Positions 17,871 through 30,451 of a DNA stretch of 64,000 nt are shown in pieces (position 1 is the stretch's first letter; each line of letters opens with the position of its first letter). Below the pieces are notes generated by a model. That model ran no database searches. It saw only the letters and a program-made list of their open reading frames with translations, and was not told the DNA's origin. Source of the stretch: Escherichia coli (GTDB lineage: Bacteria > Pseudomonadota > Gammaproteobacteria > Enterobacterales > Enterobacteriaceae); the NCBI RefSeq assembly GCF_003018255.1, contig NZ_CP027440.1. One strand, 5' to 3'. Made by a program: the position numbers and the translations under genes.

Positions 17871-18367
17871 TGCCTCCATCATTACGAAAAGCCGTTGCTG
17901 CTGCTATTGGTGGCGGAGCAATTGCTATAGCATCAGTGTTAATCACTGGCCCAAGTGGTAACGATGGTCTGGAAGGTGTCAGCTACATACCATACAAAGA
18001 TATTGTTGGTGTATGGACTGTATGTCACGGGCATACAGGAAAAGACATCATGCTCGGTAAAACGTATACCAAAGCAGAATGCAAAGCCCTCCTGAATAAA
18101 GACCTTGCCACGGTCGCCAGACAAATTAACCCGTACATCAAAGTCGATATACCGGAAACAATGCGCGGCGCTCTTTACTCATTCGTTTACAACGTGGGTG
18201 CTGGCAATTTCAGAACATCGATGCTTCTTCGCAAAATAAACCAGGGCGATATCAAAGGCGCATGTGATCAGCTACGTCGCTGGACATATGCTGGCGGTAA
18301 GCAATGGAAAGGTCTCATGACTCGTCGTGAGATTGAGCGTGAAATCTGTTTGTGGGGTCAGCAATGA
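17870..18367 (+). CDS. rrrD: SAR endolysin (lysozyme, R21/RrrD type)
   Basis: 165 aa. N-terminal Gly/Ala-rich signal-anchor-release segment ([20 protein letters not shown]), followed by [23 protein letters not shown] lysozyme motifs. Confidence 0.92.
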   Translation: MPPSLRKAVAAAIGGGAIAIASVLITGPSGNDGLEGVSYIPYKDIVGVWTVCHGHTGKDIMLGKTYTKAECKALLNKDLATVARQINPYIKVDIPETMRGALYSFVYNVGAGNFRTSMLLRKINQGDIKGACDQLRRWTYAGGKQWKGLMTRREIEREICLWGQQ

Positions 18368-18825
18368 ACAGAGTAACCGCGATTATCTCCGCTCTGGTTA
18401 TCTGCATCATCGTCTGCCTGTCATGGGCTGTTAATCATTACCGTGATAACGCCATTACCTACAAAGCCCAGCGCGACAAAAATGCCAGAGAACTGAAGCT
18501 GGCGAACGCGGCAATTACTGACATGCAGATGCGCCAGAGTGATGTTGCTGCACTGGATGAAAAATACACGAAGGAGTTAGCTAATGCGAAAGCTGAAAAT
18601 GATGCTCTGCGTGATGATGTTGCCGCTGGTCGTCGTCGGTTGCACATCAAAGCAGTCTGTCAGTCAGTGCGTGAAGCCACCACCGCCTCCGGCGTGGATA
18701 ATGCAGCCTCCCCCCGACTGGCAGACACCGCTGAACGGGATTATTTCACCCTCAGAGAGAGGCTGATCACTATGCAAAAACAACTGGAAGGAACCCAGAA
18801 GTATATTAATGAGCAGTGCAGATAG
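18364..18825 (+). CDS. rzpD: i-spanin Rz
   Basis: 153 aa, N-terminal TM ([23 protein letters not shown]), then coiled-coil. Overlaps the endolysin stop. Confidence 0.9.
   Translation: MNRVTAIISALVICIIVCLSWAVNHYRDNAITYKAQRDKNARELKLANAAITDMQMRQSDVAALDEKYTKELANAKAENDALRDDVAAGRRRLHIKAVCQSVREATTASGVDNAASPRLADTAERDYFTLRERLITMQKQLEGTQKYINEQCR
18584..18766 (+). CDS. rzoD: o-spanin Rz1 lipoprotein, embedded in the +1 frame of Rz
   Basis: 60 aa, lipobox LVVVGC, Pro-rich mature part ([20 protein letters not shown]). Lies entirely inside rzpD. Confidence 0.85.
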   Translation: MRKLKMMLCVMMLPLVVVGCTSKQSVSQCVKPPPPPAWIMQPPPDWQTPLNGIISPSERG

Positions 18826-18856
18826 AGCTGCCCATATCGATGGGCAACTCATGCAA

Positions 18857-19150
18857 TTATTGTGAGCAATACACACGCGCTTCCAGCGGAGTATAAATGC
18901 CTAAAGTAATAAAACCGAGCAATCCATTTACGAATGTTTGCTGGGTTTCTGTTTTAACAACATTTTCTGCGCCGCCACAAATTTTGGCTGCATCAACAGT
19001 TTTCTCCTGTCCAATTCCCGAAACGAAGAAGTGATGGGTGATGGTTTCCTTTGGTGTTACTGCTGTCGGTTTGTTTCCAACAGTAAACGTCTGTTGAGCA
19101 CATCCTGTAATAAGCATTGCCAGAGCGGCAGAAAACAACATTTTTTTCAT
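18857..19150 (-). CDS. borD: Bor serum-resistance lipoprotein
   Basis: 97 aa, MKKMLFSAALAMLITGCAQQTFTV...LEARVYCSQ matches lambda Bor/K-12 BorD. ATG at 19150 is preferred over the ORF-track start at 19198. Confidence 0.92.
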   Translation of the reverse strand: MKKMLFSAALAMLITGCAQQTFTVGNKPTAVTPKETITHHFFVSGIGQEKTVDAAKICGGAENVVKTETQQTFVNGLLGFITLGIYTPLEARVYCSQ

Positions 19151-19509
19151 CTTATTATCCTGCATTGTTAAAAACGGCAGAATCCTATGTGACAACAATT
19201 AAACGATAGTTAAATGGATTGATGAAAATTAAAACTATATAGGTGGATGCTCAGCCTATTGGAGGAGGGGGGCACTCAGAATCCTGTGGAATGAAATAAA
19301 CCGCTCTTTCTGTCCATTACCCTTTTAGCTGCGCTGTATCGTCGCCGTATTCCCGCATTAACCATGACCGTAGCCCGACGGGGAATTCCTTCTGCGTGAG
19401 TGTGCGGGAATAATCAAAAACGATGCACACCGGGTTTTACTGTGCTGACAGACGCAGGGTTACCCTCATAGTCGCTTTTCCGGTGCGATGGTGGAAGAAA
19501 CCGGGATGT

Positions 19510-19704
19510 TTATTCATCATCACTTTGGATTGATGTATATGCTCTCTTTTCTGACGTTAGTCTCCGACGGCAGGCTTCAATGACCCAGGCTGAGAAATTC
19601 CCAGACCCTTTTTGCTCAAGAGCGATGTTAATTTGTTCAATCATTTGGTTAGGAAAGCGGATGTTGCGGGTTGTTGTTCTGCGGGTTCTGTTCTTAGTTG
19701 ACAT
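19510..19704 (-). CDS. 64-aa ribbon-helix-helix-like protein present near the right end of lambda (YlcI/DUF3950-like, from memory)
   Basis: NIRFPNQMIEQINIALEQKG...SAWVIEACRRRL fits an Arc/MetJ RHH pattern. The surrounding DNA matches the remembered right end of the lambda genome. Confidence 0.55.
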   Translation of the reverse strand: MSTKNRTRRTTTRNIRFPNQMIEQINIALEQKGSGNFSAWVIEACRRRLTSEKRAYTSIQSDDE

Positions 19705-19879
19705 GAGGTTGCCCCGTATTCAGTGTCGCTGATTTGTATTGTCTGAAGTTGTTTTTACGTTAAGTTGATGCAGATCAATTAATACGATACCTGCGTCATA
19801 ATTGATTATTTGACGTGGTTTGATGGCGTAGATGCACGTTGTGACATGTAGATGATAATTATTATCATTTTGCGGGTCC

Positions 19880-20092
19880 TTTCCGGCGATCCGACAGGTT
19901 ACGGGGCGGCGACCTCGCGGGTTTTCGCTATTTATGAAAATTTTCCGGTTTAAGGCGTTTCCGTTCTTCTTCGTCGTAACTTAATGTTTTTATTTAAAAT
20001 ACCCCCTGAAAAGAAAGGAAACGACAGGTGCTGAAAACGAACTTTTGGGCCTTTGTCGTTTCCTTTCTCTGTTTTTGGCCGTGGAATGAACA
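19880..20092 (+). other. cos: cos site (cosQ-cosN-cosB); 12-nt cohesive end GGGCGGCGACCT at 19904-19915
   Basis: ...CCGACAGGTTACG|GGGCGGCGACCTCGCGGGTTTTCGCTATTTATGAAAATTTTCCGGTTTAAGGCGTTTCCGTTCTTCTTCG... matches the joined ends of the lambda genome. nu1 starts 189 nt downstream. Confidence 0.92.
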
Positions 20093-20612
20093 ATGGAAGT
20101 CAACAAAAAGCAGCTGGCTGACATTTTCGGTGCGAGTATCCGTACCATTCAGAACTGGCAGGAACAGGGAATGCCCGTTCTGCGAGGCGGTGGCAAGGGT
20201 AATGAGGTGCTTTATGACTCTGCCGCCGTTATAAAATGGTATGCCGAAAGGGATGCTGAAATTGAGAACGAAAAGCTGCGCCGGGAGGTTGAAGAACTGC
20301 GGCAGTCCAGCGAGGCAGATCTCCAGCCAGGGACTATTGAGTACGAACGCCATCGACTTACGCGTGCGCAGGCCGACGCACAGGAACTGAAGAATGCCAG
20401 AGACTCCGCTGAAGTGGTGGAAACCGCATTCTGTACTTTCGTGTTGTCGCGGATCGCAGGTGAAATTGCCAGTATTCTCGACGGGATCCCCCTGTCGGTG
20501 CAGCGGCGTTTTCCGGAACTGGAAAACCGACATGTTGATTTCCTGAAACGGGATATCATCAAAGCCATGAACAAAGCAGCCGCGCTGGATGAACTGATAC
20601 CGGGGTTGCTGA

Positions 20613-20638
<26 letters not shown>
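20093..20638 (+). CDS. nu1: terminase small subunit
   Basis: 181 aa, MEVNKKQLADIFGASIRTIQNWQEQGMPVLRGGGKGNEVLYDSAAVIKWYAERDAEIENEKLRREVEELRQ. Near-identical to lambda Nu1. Confidence 0.97.
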
Positions 20639-24319
<3,681 letters not shown>

Positions 24320-24339
<20 letters not shown>

Positions 24340-25639
24340 TCTCCCGCATATTGCCAGCATGGCCTTTAATGAGCCGCTGATGCTTGAACCCGCCTATGCG
24401 CGGGTTTTCTTTTGTGCGCTTGCAGGCCAGCTTGGGATCAGCCGCCTGACGGATGCGGTGTCCGGCGACAGCCTGACTGCCCAGGAGGCACTCGCGACGC
24501 TGGCATTATCCGGTGATGATGACGGACCACGACAGGCCCGCAGTTATCAGGTCATGAACGGCATCGCCGTGCTGCCGGTGTCCGGCACGCTGGTCAGCCG
24601 GACGCGGGCGCTGCAGCCGTACTCGGGGATGACCGGTTACAACGGCATTATCGCCCGTCTGCAACAGGCTGCCAGCGATCCGATGGTGGACGGCATTCTG
24701 CTCGATATGGACACGCCCGGCGGAATGGTGGCAGGGGCATTTGACTGCGCTGACATCATCGCCCGTGTGCGTGACATAAAACCGGTATGGGCGCTGGCCA
24801 ATGACATGAACTGCAGTGCAGGGCAGCTGCTTGCCAGCGCCGCCTCCCGGCGTCTGGTCACGCAGACCGCCCGGACAGGCTCCATCGGCGTCATGATGGC
24901 TCACAGTAATTACGGTGCTGCGCTGGAGAAACAGGGCGTGGAAATCACGCTGATTTACAGCGGCAGCCATAAGGTGGATGGCAACCCCTACAGCCATCTT
25001 CCGGATGACGTCCGGGAGACACTGCAGTCCCGGATGGATGCAACCCGCCGGATGTTTGCGCAGAAGGTGTCGGCATATACCGGCCTGTCCGTGCAGGCTG
25101 TGCTGGATACCGAGGCTGCAGTGTACAGCGGTCAGGAGGCCATTGATGCCGGACTGGCTGATGAACTTGTCAACAGCACCGATGCGATCACCGTTATGCG
25201 TGATGCACTGGATGCACGTAAATCCCGTCTCTCAGGAGGGCGAATGACCAAAGAGACTCAATCAACAACTGTTTCAGCCACTGCTTCGCAGGCTGACGTT
25301 ACTGGCGTGGTGCAAGCGACGGAGGGCGAAAACGCCAGCGCGGCGCAGCCGGACGTGAACGCGCAGATCACCGCTGCGGTTGCGGCAGAAAACAGCCGCA
25401 TTATGGGGATCCTCAACTGTGAGGAGGCTCACGGACGCGAAGAACAGGCACGCGTGCTGGCAGAAACCCCCGGTATGACCGTGAAAACGGCCCGCCGCAT
25501 TCTGGCCGCAGCACCACAGAGTGCACAGGCGCGCAGTGACACTGCGCTGGATCGTCTGATGCAGGGGGCACCGGCACCGCTGGCTGCAGGTAACCCGGCA
25601 TCTGATGCCGTTAACGATTTGCTGAACACACCAGTGTAA
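24320..25639 (+). CDS. C: head maturation protease / scaffold C (S49 ClpP-like)
   Basis: GTG start at 24320 gives the 439-aa (M)TAELRNLPHIASMAFNEPLMLEPAYARVFF... of lambda gpC. The ORF-track start at 24185 lies inside B. Confidence 0.93.
25034..25639 (+). CDS. nu3: scaffolding protein Nu3 (internal in-frame start within C)
   Basis: In-frame ATG (MDATRRMF...) at the position equivalent to lambda nu3 (lambda 5132 plus the offset used by all neighbouring genes). Confidence 0.7.
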   Translation: MDATRRMFAQKVSAYTGLSVQAVLDTEAAVYSGQEAIDAGLADELVNSTDAITVMRDALDARKSRLSGGRMTKETQSTTVSATASQADVTGVVQATEGENASAAQPDVNAQITAAVAAENSRIMGILNCEEAHGREEQARVLAETPGMTVKTARRILAAAPQSAQARSDTALDRLMQGAPAPLAAGNPASDAVNDLLNTPV

Positions 25640-25648
25640 GGGATGTTT

Positions 25649-25981
25649 ATGACGAGCAAAGAAACCTTTACCCATTACCAGCCGCAGGGCAACAGTGACC
25701 CGGCTCATACCGCAACCGCGCCCGGCGGATTGAGTGCGAAAGCGCCTGCAATGACCCCGCTGATGCTGGACACCTCCAGCCGTAAGCTGGTTGCGTGGGA
25801 TGGCACCACCGACGGTGCTGCCGTTGGCATTCTTGCGGTTGCTGCTGACCAGACCAGCACCACGCTGACGTTCTACAAGTCCGGCACGTTCCGTTATGAG
25901 GATGTGCTCTGGCCGGAGGCTGCCAGCGACGAGACGAAAAAACGGACCGCGTTTGCCGGAACGGCAATCAGCATCGTTTAA
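25649..25981 (+). CDS. D: head decoration protein D
   Basis: 110 aa, [52 protein letters not shown]... = lambda gpD. Confidence 0.96.
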
Positions 25982-26036
25982 CTTTACCCTTCATCACTAA
26001 AGGCCGCCTGTGCGGCTTTTTTTACGGGATTTTTTT

Positions 26037-27062
26037 ATGTCGATGTACACAACCGCCCAACTGCTGGCGGCAAATGAGCAGAAATTTAAGTTTGATCCGC
26101 TGTTTCTGCGTCTCTTTTTCCGTGAGAGCTATCCCTTCACCACGGAGAAAGTCTATCTCTCACAAATTCCGGGACTGGTAAACATGGCGCTGTACGTTTC
26201 GCCGATTGTTTCCGGTGAGGTTATCCGTACCCGTGGCGGCTCCACCTCTGAATTTACGCCGGGATATGTCAAGCCGAAGCATGAAGTGAATCCGCAGATG
26301 ACCCTGCGTCGCCTGCCGGATGAAGATCCGCAGAATCTGGCGGACCCGGCTTACCGCCGCCGTCGCATCATCATGCAGAACATGCGTGACGAAGAGCTGG
26401 CCATTGCTCAGGTCGAAGAGATGCAGGCAGTTTCTGCCGTGCTTAAGGGCAAATACACCATGACCGGTGAAGCCTTCGATCCGGTTGAGGTGGATATGGG
26501 CCGCAGTGAGGAGAATAACATCACGCAGTCCGGCGGCACGGAGTGGAGCAAGCGTGACAAGTCCACGTATGACCCGACCGACGATATCGAAGCCTACGCG
26601 CTGAACGCCAGCGGTGTGGTGAATATCATCGTGTTCGATCCGAAAGGCTGGGCGCTGTTCCGTTCCTTCAAAGCCGTCAAGGAGAAGCTGGATACCCGTC
26701 GTGGCTCTAATTCCGAGCTGGAGACAGCGGTGAAAGACCTGGGTAAAGCGGTGTCCTATAAGGGGATGTATGGCGATGTGGCCATCGTCGTGTATTCCGG
26801 ACAGTTCGTGGAAAACGGCGTCAAAAAGAACTTCCTGCCGGACAACACGATGGTGCTGGGGAACACTCAGGCACGCGGTCTGCGCACCTATGGCTGCATT
26901 CAGGATGCGGACGCACAGCGCGAAGGCATTAACGCCTCTGCCCGTTACCCGAAAAACTGGGTGACCACCGGCGATCCGGCGCGTGAGTTCACCATGATTC
27001 AGTCAGCACCGCTGATGCTGCTGGCTGACCCTGATGAGTTCGTGTCCGTACAACTGGCGTAA
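26037..27062 (+). CDS. E: major capsid protein E
   Basis: 341 aa, MSMYTTAQLLAANEQKFKFDPLFLRLFFRESYPFTTEKVYLSQIPGLVNMALYVSPIVSGEVIR... = lambda gpE. Confidence 0.97.
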   Translation: MSMYTTAQLLAANEQKFKFDPLFLRLFFRESYPFTTEKVYLSQIPGLVNMALYVSPIVSGEVIRTRGGSTSEFTPGYVKPKHEVNPQMTLRRLPDEDPQNLADPAYRRRRIIMQNMRDEELAIAQVEEMQAVSAVLKGKYTMTGEAFDPVEVDMGRSEENNITQSGGTEWSKRDKSTYDPTDDIEAYALNASGVVNIIVFDPKGWALFRSFKAVKEKLDTRRGSNSELETAVKDLGKAVSYKGMYGDVAIVVYSGQFVENGVKKNFLPDNTMVLGNTQARGLRTYGCIQDADAQREGINASARYPKNWVTTGDPAREFTMIQSAPLMLLADPDEFVSVQLA

Positions 27063-27103
27063 TCATGGCCCTTCGGGGCCATTGTTTCTCTGTGGAGGAG
27101 TCC

Positions 27104-27502
27104 ATGACGAAAGATGAACTGATTGCCCGTCTCCGCTCGCTGGGTGAACAAATGAACCGTGATGTCAGCCTGACGGGGACGAAAGAAGAACTGGCGCTCC
27201 GTGTGGCAGAGCTGGAAGAGGAGCTTGATGACACGGATGAAACTGCCGGTCAGGACACCCCTCTCAGCCGGGAAAATGTGCTGACCGGACATGAAAATGA
27301 GGTGGGATCAGCGCAGCCGGATACCGTGATTCTGGATACGTCTGAACTGGTCACGGTCGTGGCACTGGTGAAGCTGCATACTGATGCACTTCACGCCACG
27401 CGGGATGAACCTGTGGCATTTGTGCTGCCGGGAACGGCGTTTCGTGTCTCTGCCGGTGTGGCAGCCGAAATGACAGAGCGCGGCCTGGCCAGAATGCAAT
27501 AA
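27104..27502 (+). CDS. Fi: DNA packaging protein FI
   Basis: 132 aa, MTKDELIARLRSLGEQMNRDVSLTGTKEELALRVAELEEELDD... = lambda gpFI. Confidence 0.93.
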   Translation: MTKDELIARLRSLGEQMNRDVSLTGTKEELALRVAELEEELDDTDETAGQDTPLSRENVLTGHENEVGSAQPDTVILDTSELVTVVALVKLHTDALHATRDEPVAFVLPGTAFRVSAGVAAEMTERGLARMQ

Positions 27503-27513
27503 CGGGAGGCGCT

Positions 27514-27867
27514 GTGGCTGATTTCGATAACCTGTTCGATGCTGCCATTGCCCGCGCCGATGAAACGATTCGCGGGTACATGGGAACGTCAGCCACCATG
27601 ACATCCGGTGAGCAGTCAGGTGCGGTGATACGTGGTGTTTTTGATGACCCTGAAAATATCAGCTATGCCGGACAGGGCGTGCGCGTTGAAGGCTCCAGCC
27701 CGTCCCTGTTTGTCCGGACTGATGAGGTGCGGCAGCTGCGGCGTGGAGACACGCTGACCATCGGTGAGGAAAATTTCTGGGTAGATCGGGTTTCGCCGGA
27801 TGATGGTGGAAGCTGTCATCTCTGGCTTGGACGGGGCGTACCGCCTGCCGTTAACCGTCGCCGCTGA
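27514..27867 (+). CDS. Fii: head-tail joining protein FII
   Basis: 117 aa, MADFDNLFDAAIARADETIRGYMGTSATMTSGEQSGAVIRGVFDDPENISYAGQG... = lambda gpFII. Confidence 0.95.
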   Translation: MADFDNLFDAAIARADETIRGYMGTSATMTSGEQSGAVIRGVFDDPENISYAGQGVRVEGSSPSLFVRTDEVRQLRRGDTLTIGEENFWVDRVSPDDGGSCHLWLGRGVPPAVNRRR

Positions 27868-27878
27868 AAGGGGGATGT

Positions 27879-28457
27879 ATGGCCATAAAAGGTCTTGAGC
27901 AGGCCGTTGAAAACCTCAGCCGTATCAGCAGAACGGCGGTGCCCGCTGCCGCCGCAATGGCCATTAACCGCGTTGCTTCATCCGCGATATCGCAGTCGGC
28001 GTCACAGGTTGCCCGTGAGACAAAGGTACGCCGGAAACTGGTAAAGGAAAGGGCCAGGCTGAAAAGGGCCACGGTCAAAAATCCGCAGGCCAGAATCAAA
28101 GTTAACCGGGGGGATTTGCCCGTAATCAAGCTGGGTAATGCGCGGGTTGTCCTTTCGCGCCGCAGGCGTCGTAAAAAGGGGCAGCGTTCATCCCTGAAAG
28201 GTGGCGGCAGCGTGCTTGTGGTGGGTAACCGTCGTATTCCCGGCGCGTTTATTCAGCAACTGAAAAATGGCCGGTGGCATGTCATGCAGCGTGTGGCCGG
28301 GAAAAACCGTTACCCCATTGATGTGGTGAAAATCCCGATGGCGGTGCCGCTGACCACGGCGTTTAAACAAAATATTGAGCGGATACGGCGTGAACGTCTT
28401 CCGAAAGAGCTGGGCTATGCGCTGCAGCATCAACTGAGGATGGTAATAAAGCGATGA
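27879..28457 (+). CDS. Z: tail completion protein Z
   Basis: 192 aa, same length, order and sequence as lambda gpZ. Confidence 0.95.
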   Translation: MAIKGLEQAVENLSRISRTAVPAAAAMAINRVASSAISQSASQVARETKVRRKLVKERARLKRATVKNPQARIKVNRGDLPVIKLGNARVVLSRRRRRKKGQRSSLKGGGSVLVVGNRRIPGAFIQQLKNGRWHVMQRVAGKNRYPIDVVKIPMAVPLTTAFKQNIERIRRERLPKELGYALQHQLRMVIKR

Positions 28458-28849
28458 AACATACTGAACTCCGTGCAGCCGTACTGGATGCACTGGAGAA
28501 GCATGACACCGGGGCGACGTTTTTTGATGGTCGCCCCGCTGTTTTTGATGAGGCGGATTTTCCGGCAGTTGCCGTTTATCTCACCGGCGCTGAATACACG
28601 GGCGAAGAGCTGGACAGCGATACCTGGCAGGCGGAGCTGCATATCGAAGTTTTCCTGCCTGCTCAGGTGCCGGATTCAGAGCTGGATGCGTGGATGGAGT
28701 CCCGGATTTATCCGGTGATGAGCGATATCCCGGCACTGTCAGATTTGATCACCAGTATGGTGGCCAGCGGCTATGACTACCGGCGCGACGATGATGCGGG
28801 CCTGTGGAGTTCAGCCGATCTGACTTATGTCATTACCTATGAAATGTGA
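28454..28849 (+). CDS. U: tail terminator protein U
   Basis: 131 aa, [67 protein letters not shown] = lambda gpU. Confidence 0.95.
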
Positions 28850-28856
28850 GGACGCT

Positions 28857-29597
28857 ATGCCTGTACCAAATCCTACAATGCCGGTGAAAGGTGCCGGGAC
28901 CACCCTGTGGGTTTATAAGGGGAGCGGTGACCCTTATGCGAATCCGCTTTCAGACGTTGACTGGTCGCGTCTGGCAAAAGTTAAAGACCTGACGCCCGGC
29001 GAACTGACCGCTGAGTCCTATGACGACAGCTATCTCGATGATGAAGATGCAGACTGGACTGCGACCGGGCAGGGGCAGAAATCTGCCGGAGATACCAGCT
29101 TCACGCTGGCGTGGATGCCCGGAGAGCAGGGGCAGCAGGCGCTGCTGGCGTGGTTTAATGAAGGCGATACCCGTGCCTATAAAATCCGCTTCCCGAACGG
29201 CACGGTCGATGTGTTCCGTGGCTGGGTCAGCAGTATCGGTAAGGCGGTGACGGCGAAGGAAGTGATCACCCGCACGGTGAAAGTCACCAATGTGGGACGT
29301 CCGTCGATGGCAGAAGATCGCAGCACGGTAACAGCGGCAACCGGCATGACCGTGACGCCTGCCAGCACCTCGGTGGTGAAAGGGCAGAGCACCACGCTGA
29401 CCGTGGCCTTCCAGCCGGAGGGCGTAACCGACAAGAGCTTTCGTGCGGTGTCTGCGGATAAAACAAAAGCCACCGTGTCGGTCAGTGGTATGACCATCAC
29501 CGTGAACGGCGTTGCTGCAGGCAAGGTCAACATTCCGGTTGTATCCGGTAATGGTGAGTTTGCTGCGGTTGCAGAAATTACCGTCACCGCCAGTTAA
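28857..29597 (+). CDS. V: major tail tube protein V (with C-terminal Ig-like domain)
   Basis: 246 aa, [62 protein letters not shown]... = lambda gpV. Confidence 0.96.
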
Positions 29598-29612
29598 TCC
29601 GGAGAGTCAGCG

Positions 29613-30035
29613 ATGTTCCTGAAAACCGAATCATTTGAACATAACGGTGTGACCGTCACGCTTTCTGAACTGTCAGCCCTGCAGCGCATTGAGCATCTCG
29701 CCCTGATGAAACGGCAGGCAGAACAGGCGGAGTCAGACAGCAACCGGAAGTTTACTGTGGAAGACGCCATCAGAACCGGCGCGTTTCTGGTGGCGATGTC
29801 CCTGTGGCATAACCATCCGCAGAAGACGCAGATGCCGTCCATGAATGAAGCCGTTAAACAGATTGAGCAGGAAGTGCTTACCACCTGGCCCACGGAGGCA
29901 ATTTCTCATGCTGAAAACGTGGTGTACCGGCTGTCTGGTATGTATGAGTTTGTGGTGAATAATGCCCCTGAACAGACAGAGGACGCCGGGCCCGCAGAGC
30001 CTGTTTCTGCGGGAAAGTGTTCGACGGTGAGCTGA
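29613..30035 (+). CDS. G: tail assembly chaperone G
   Basis: 140 aa = lambda gpG. Ends 18 nt after the slippery heptamer. Confidence 0.95.
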   Translation: MFLKTESFEHNGVTVTLSELSALQRIEHLALMKRQAEQAESDSNRKFTVEDAIRTGAFLVAMSLWHNHPQKTQMPSMNEAVKQIEQEVLTTWPTEAISHAENVVYRLSGMYEFVVNNAPEQTEDAGPAEPVSAGKCSTVS

Positions 30036-30451
30036 GTTTTGCCCTGAAACTGGCGCGCGAGATGGGGCGACCCGACTGGCGTGCCATGCTTGCCGGGATG
30101 TCATCCACGGAGTATGCCGACTGGCACCGCTTTTACAGTACCCATTATTTTCATGATGTTCTGCTGGATATGCACTTTTCCGGGCTGACGTACACCGTAC
30201 TCAGCCTGTTTTTCAGCGATCCGGATATGCATCCGCTGGATTTCAGTCTGCTGAACCGGCGCGAGGCTGACGAAGAGCCTGAAGATGATGTGCTGATGCA
30301 GAAAGCGGCAGGGCTTGCCGGAGGTGTCCGCTTTGGCCCGGACGGGAGTGAAGTTATCCCCGCTTCCCCGGATGTGGCGGACATGACGGAGGATGACGTA
30401 ATGCTGATGACAGTATCAGAAGGGATCGCAGGAGGAGTCCGGTATGGCTGA
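29613..30451 (+). CDS. T: tail assembly chaperone G-T fusion produced by programmed -1 frameshift
   Basis: The T frame is open from 30017 to 30451 with no SD or start of its own. The GGGAAAG slip site is in the last codons of G, as in lambda. Confidence 0.85.
30011..30017 (+). promoter_or_regulatory. G/GT -1 ribosomal frameshift slippery heptamer GGGAAAG
   Basis: Exact heptamer G GGA AAG read in the G frame, identical to the lambda site. Confidence 0.85.
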